The position numbers and the translations under genes are program-made. From positions 1 through 64,000 of the forward strand of contig CAWEHK010000029.1 of assembly GCA_963808625.1 (NCBI GenBank): DNA of 64,000 nucleotides, written 5' to 3'. Source of the DNA: an uncultured delta proteobacterium (GTDB lineage: Bacteria > Desulfobacterota > Syntrophobacteria > Syntrophobacterales > Syntrophobacteraceae). Shown here piece after piece: positions 60,706-64,000 of the stretch (the first letter of the stretch is position 1; every line of letters begins with the position of its first letter). The notes under the pieces are model-generated. The model searched no databases, had not been told where the DNA came from, and worked only from the letters and a program-made list of their open reading frames with translations.

Positions 60706-61761
60706 TTGATGACCAGTAGAAAAGTTTTCAATCGGCTTTTAGCGGCAACATGTTCTGTTACGGGTTCAACATGGTTATATTCGAACATCATAAATAAGAT
60801 AAGGACGATACCAATTATATTCTATCACGAGGTGGGAAAACACAACAGTGAATTTGAAGAATTCTCTGTCAACCGTGATAACTTTGAAAAGCATGTTGTG
60901 TGGATGATAGACAAATATAGCCTGCTTACCATAAGTGATTTATGCAGCCACATCGAAGGGAACAAAAATCTTGGTAATAATGTTGCAGCTATCACATTTG
61001 ATGGTGGATATTTGGGAAATTACTTAGATGTGTGGCCAGTGTTAAAGCGTTACCAGTGCCCTGCTACCATTTATGTTATCACAGATCCTTTGGATGGCTA
61101 TATGCCACCACACAAGCGAATCATGTATCTGATTTCAATGACTAAAAAACGCTCATGCACGTTTGTCAAAAAAGATGGGCGGTTAGTAAAGCTTAAACTG
61201 CACTCGTTATTGGAGAAAAAAGCATCCCGTAAATTCATTGAAAACCAATTGAGCGCACTCAATCTCGACGAACGTGAAACTCGCTTGAACGAACTTACCA
61301 ATGAGCTGGAGGTAGATTTGTTGGATCTCCCCAAGAGGATTTTCTGTTCATGGGACCAGATACGTGAGATGAGCCAGAATAACCTTATTGAAATTGGCTC
61401 GCATAGTGTCTCACATCCTCGGCTTACCGATGTTTCGCCCGAAGAAGCAAGAACAGAACTGCGGAGATCGAAAGAACGAATTGAATATGAATTGGGAAAA
61501 TCGATTAGTTCATTTTGCTATCCTGATGGGTTCTATTCTCCTGAGATCATTAGGCTTGCGCAAGAGGCGGGGTACTCGTCTGCGCTGGCAGTCTCAACAC
61601 CCAGGGTATTGAATGACCTTAACTCAGTTGGTGATGGGATCTACGAACTAAGAAGGATCTGCATGCCGGATGATGGTAGTTCATTCGTACTTGCAGCTGA
61701 AATCTCGGGACTAATGCGCGTCATTAAGAAATTGACGAAGCAGATGGTCAACTCCTTCTGA
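60706..61761 (+). CDS. polysaccharide deacetylase (CE4/NodB)
   Basis: YHEV, ITFDGGY (second Asp is Gly), GSHSVSH and FCYPDG. Confidence 0.88.
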   Translation: MMTSRKVFNRLLAATCSVTGSTWLYSNIINKIRTIPIIFYHEVGKHNSEFEEFSVNRDNFEKHVVWMIDKYSLLTISDLCSHIEGNKNLGNNVAAITFDGGYLGNYLDVWPVLKRYQCPATIYVITDPLDGYMPPHKRIMYLISMTKKRSCTFVKKDGRLVKLKLHSLLEKKASRKFIENQLSALNLDERETRLNELTNELEVDLLDLPKRIFCSWDQIREMSQNNLIEIGSHSVSHPRLTDVSPEEARTELRRSKERIEYELGKSISSFCYPDGFYSPEIIRLAQEAGYSSALAVSTPRVLNDLNSVGDGIYELRRICMPDDGSSFVLAAEISGLMRVIKKLTKQMVNSF

Positions 61762-61831
61762 AACAATATCGCCGCATTTATGGCATGCCGATTAGCCGCA
61801 CGGCTCCCTATTCTTATGAGGTGAATACCGC

Positions 61832-63124
61832 ATGAATACCAGCTTGAACGACATCTCAGATGTGGTTGAGAAATCATTATGCACTGGTTGTGGCACCTGT
61901 TTTGCCTTGTGCCCAACAAGCGCAATAGAAATGTATGTTGAGCAAAGGCAAGGAATTTACCTTCCCAGGATAGACAGCCAACGGTGTAACAGGTGTGGTC
62001 TGTGTTACAAGATTTGTCCAGGCCATACCATTGATTTGGAACATTTGAATATGGCAATCTTTGGGGTTAGCCCTCCTGATTTCCGGGTCGGCAACTTGCA
62101 GGATGCCTTTGTAGCACATGCTATGGATCAACAGATCAGATTCAATGGGTCATCGGGCGGCATGATCACCGCTCTCCTTGTTCATGCATTTGAAAAGAAC
62201 CTCCTTGATGGTGCACTTGTAGTCGGAATGAGGCCTGACATGCCATGGGAACCGCAACCTTTCATTGCGCGGACAGCTGACGATGTGATATCCGCTGCTG
62301 GGTCCAAATACACTCCGGTTTCCGCAAATGTTGCACTGGTTGAGATCCTCAAAAGAGATGGGCGTTATGCGTTTGTTGGACTTCCCTGTCATATACATGG
62401 ACTTCGGAAGGCCCAAATGACAAACATAGCTCTACGTAAACGCATCGTACTGGTTCTTGGCTTGTTCTGTGCTTCTGCCAGGACTTTTGTGGGACTGGAT
62501 ATTTTGTTGTCGAGGTTCGGTATGACTCGCAACGACATCGAGACCATCAGGTACCGCGGTTGCGGCTGGCCTGGTTCGCTCGAGATACGTTCAAAGAGAG
62601 GTGAGATTATTCGCGCAAGGCTTGAAGAGTACTATCATTTTATGAGTTGCAACGATCCATATCGATGTGGTCTTTGTCCGGACAAAACTTCGGAACTGTC
62701 TGACATCTCTTTTGGCGATGCATGGCTTCCGACGGTTAGCAGGGAGGGGGAACCCGGAAAATCTATCGTGATATCCAGAAATGAGTCCGCCGAGAAATGG
62801 CTAACACGAGCTGTAGACGACGGTGCTGTAACTTTGGCTCCATTGACTTATCAAATGCTTATACGAGGTGTTGGGTGGCTTGACAAAAAGAGAAAAATAG
62901 GTCCTCGACTTATCCTATGCAAAATGATTGGTAAAAGCGTTCCTAATATACATTGTAATTTAAGTAGATGGATGATTATCGACTTTTTTTCTGCCTTTAG
63001 ATACTATGCAGTTAGATTTCTTACAAAATATGCACTAACTAGAAAAGCGTATTTTATCACTAGAAAGAAATACAGGACTATAGAGTTTGGAGTGAGTATT
63101 CAGGAAATTAAAGGAAAAATGTAG
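61832..63124 (+). CDS. FrhB-like (F420 hydrogenase beta subunit family) Fe-S flavoprotein
   Basis: CTGCGTC...CP, CNRCGLC...CP, SSGG, GSKY, GLPC, GLFC, YRGCGWPG and DISFGDAW. Confidence 0.9.
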   Translation: MNTSLNDISDVVEKSLCTGCGTCFALCPTSAIEMYVEQRQGIYLPRIDSQRCNRCGLCYKICPGHTIDLEHLNMAIFGVSPPDFRVGNLQDAFVAHAMDQQIRFNGSSGGMITALLVHAFEKNLLDGALVVGMRPDMPWEPQPFIARTADDVISAAGSKYTPVSANVALVEILKRDGRYAFVGLPCHIHGLRKAQMTNIALRKRIVLVLGLFCASARTFVGLDILLSRFGMTRNDIETIRYRGCGWPGSLEIRSKRGEIIRARLEEYYHFMSCNDPYRCGLCPDKTSELSDISFGDAWLPTVSREGEPGKSIVISRNESAEKWLTRAVDDGAVTLAPLTYQMLIRGVGWLDKKRKIGPRLILCKMIGKSVPNIHCNLSRWMIIDFFSAFRYYAVRFLTKYALTRKAYFITRKKYRTIEFGVSIQEIKGKM

Positions 63125-63462
63125 CCTATATATAATGTCCTAGTGCTATAAATGTGTAGAAAGTATTATACAAAGATATAATATAAATAGCAAAACAATT
63201 GATATAGATATAGTAGAATCAGTAAATAATAGCAAAATGAACCTGCAACAATCAGTGAGAAGCCAGCTTCAAGATAGCTTCATAAAACAGTCGACTTCTG
63301 TACTTAGACTCTGCATGGTATCCATAACCTAGGCCAAACTCAGAATACAGATCTGGATAGAAATGAAATTGTCGTGTTACTTACTCTTGGATTCTCCATT
63401 GTGGAGAATTTATGCTGAATGGAGCTCGGAAAAGGTGGACTGCTCAGCAAAGTTCGTCTGCC

Positions 63463-64000
63463 ATGGGCTATAAGGTATTGTTGGTCAACACTTATCATTA
63501 TCTTCGAGGCGGAGACAGCAGGCATGTTCTGGCACTTGCAAAGCTCTTGAGCCAGTATGGCAATGATGTCCACTTCTTCGCTATGAAGGGCGAAAATAAC
63601 TTGCCCTGCGAAGATGAGGAATTCTTCGTGAGCGAGATGGACTACCAGAAAGCCTTGCAGATCAGGAGTCCGGTCCAACTGGCAAGGGTGCTCTGGAGGG
63701 CAAACTATTCCCTGGAGGCCAGGCGAAAGATTGCGAACCTCCTCGACAGGCTGAGACCGAATGTCGTGCATCTTCATTCCATACGACACCACCTCACCAA
63801 ATCCATAATTCAGGAGTTTAAGAAAAGATCCATTCCAATGGTGTGGACCCTTCACGATTTCAAGGAGTTGTGCCCGAACACCTCCTTTTTCGACGGTGCC
63901 GGCATCTGCGAAAAATGCAAGGGAAGGAAGTATTTAAACGTTGTCATGAGGAGGTGTAAAATGGGGTCCTTCGGAGCTTCATTGTTGACCTACCTGGAGA
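63463..64000 (+). CDS. glycosyltransferase family 4 (runs off the window)
   Basis: Own translation: MGYKVLLVNTYHYLRGG...VVHLHSIRHHL...VWTLHDFKELCPN...CEKC. Confidence 0.88.
   Translation, partial: MGYKVLLVNTYHYLRGGDSRHVLALAKLLSQYGNDVHFFAMKGENNLPCEDEEFFVSEMDYQKALQIRSPVQLARVLWRANYSLEARRKIANLLDRLRPNVVHLHSIRHHLTKSIIQEFKKRSIPMVWTLHDFKELCPNTSFFDGAGICEKCKGRKYLNVVMRRCKMGSFGASLLTYLE

Noticed and set aside
52845..63124. FrhB-like genes as evidence of an F420-reducing hydrogenase
   Set aside because: No hydrogenase large or small subunits or maturases are present, and the context is glycan biosynthesis.

Overview
The window looks like chromosomal DNA from an anaerobic deltaproteobacterium, probably Syntrophobacterales/Desulfobacterota. 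This is inferred from gene content and style, not from a database search. Many single-base frameshifts fall even in housekeeping genes (fumC, glgA, rpe, ubiE), which points to an unpolished long-read assembly. From left to right it carries: decayed MFS genes; an acetamidase; a sigma54-driven receiver-domain gene; an SDR; two toxin-antitoxin pairs; a co-oriented run of prpD, ubiA-like, fumC, SSADH, citrate synthase and aconitase; HU; a RelA/SpoT homolog; ispG; glgA; a DUF885 / ATP-grasp / methyltransferase trio; two AAA+ nuclease-type genes, one split by an IS91-family element; an oxygen-defence region (rubredoxin cluster, PAS-sigma54 activator, rubrerythrin, flavodoxin, desulfoferrodoxin, cydAB); rpe, ubiE and rpmB; and an AT-richer surface-polysaccharide cluster that runs off the right end. 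The best leads are six. (1) An ATP-grasp ligase whose chain appears cut between its two metal-binding motifs, next to a DUF885 metallopeptidase and a methyltransferase. (2) An IS91-family element whose oriIS-like end lies upstream of the transposase, the inverse of canonical IS91/ISCR, with an extra zinc-finger ORF at the ter end. (3) A candidate Fe-S/PAS sigma54 redox regulon, marked by two matching TGTCTCW-N10-TGAGACA enhancers. (4) A hydrolase-dead Rel. (5) A perfect 135-bp MITE. (6) Paired FrhB-like and pyruvyltransferase genes in the polysaccharide locus. No rRNA, tRNA or CRISPR array was found.
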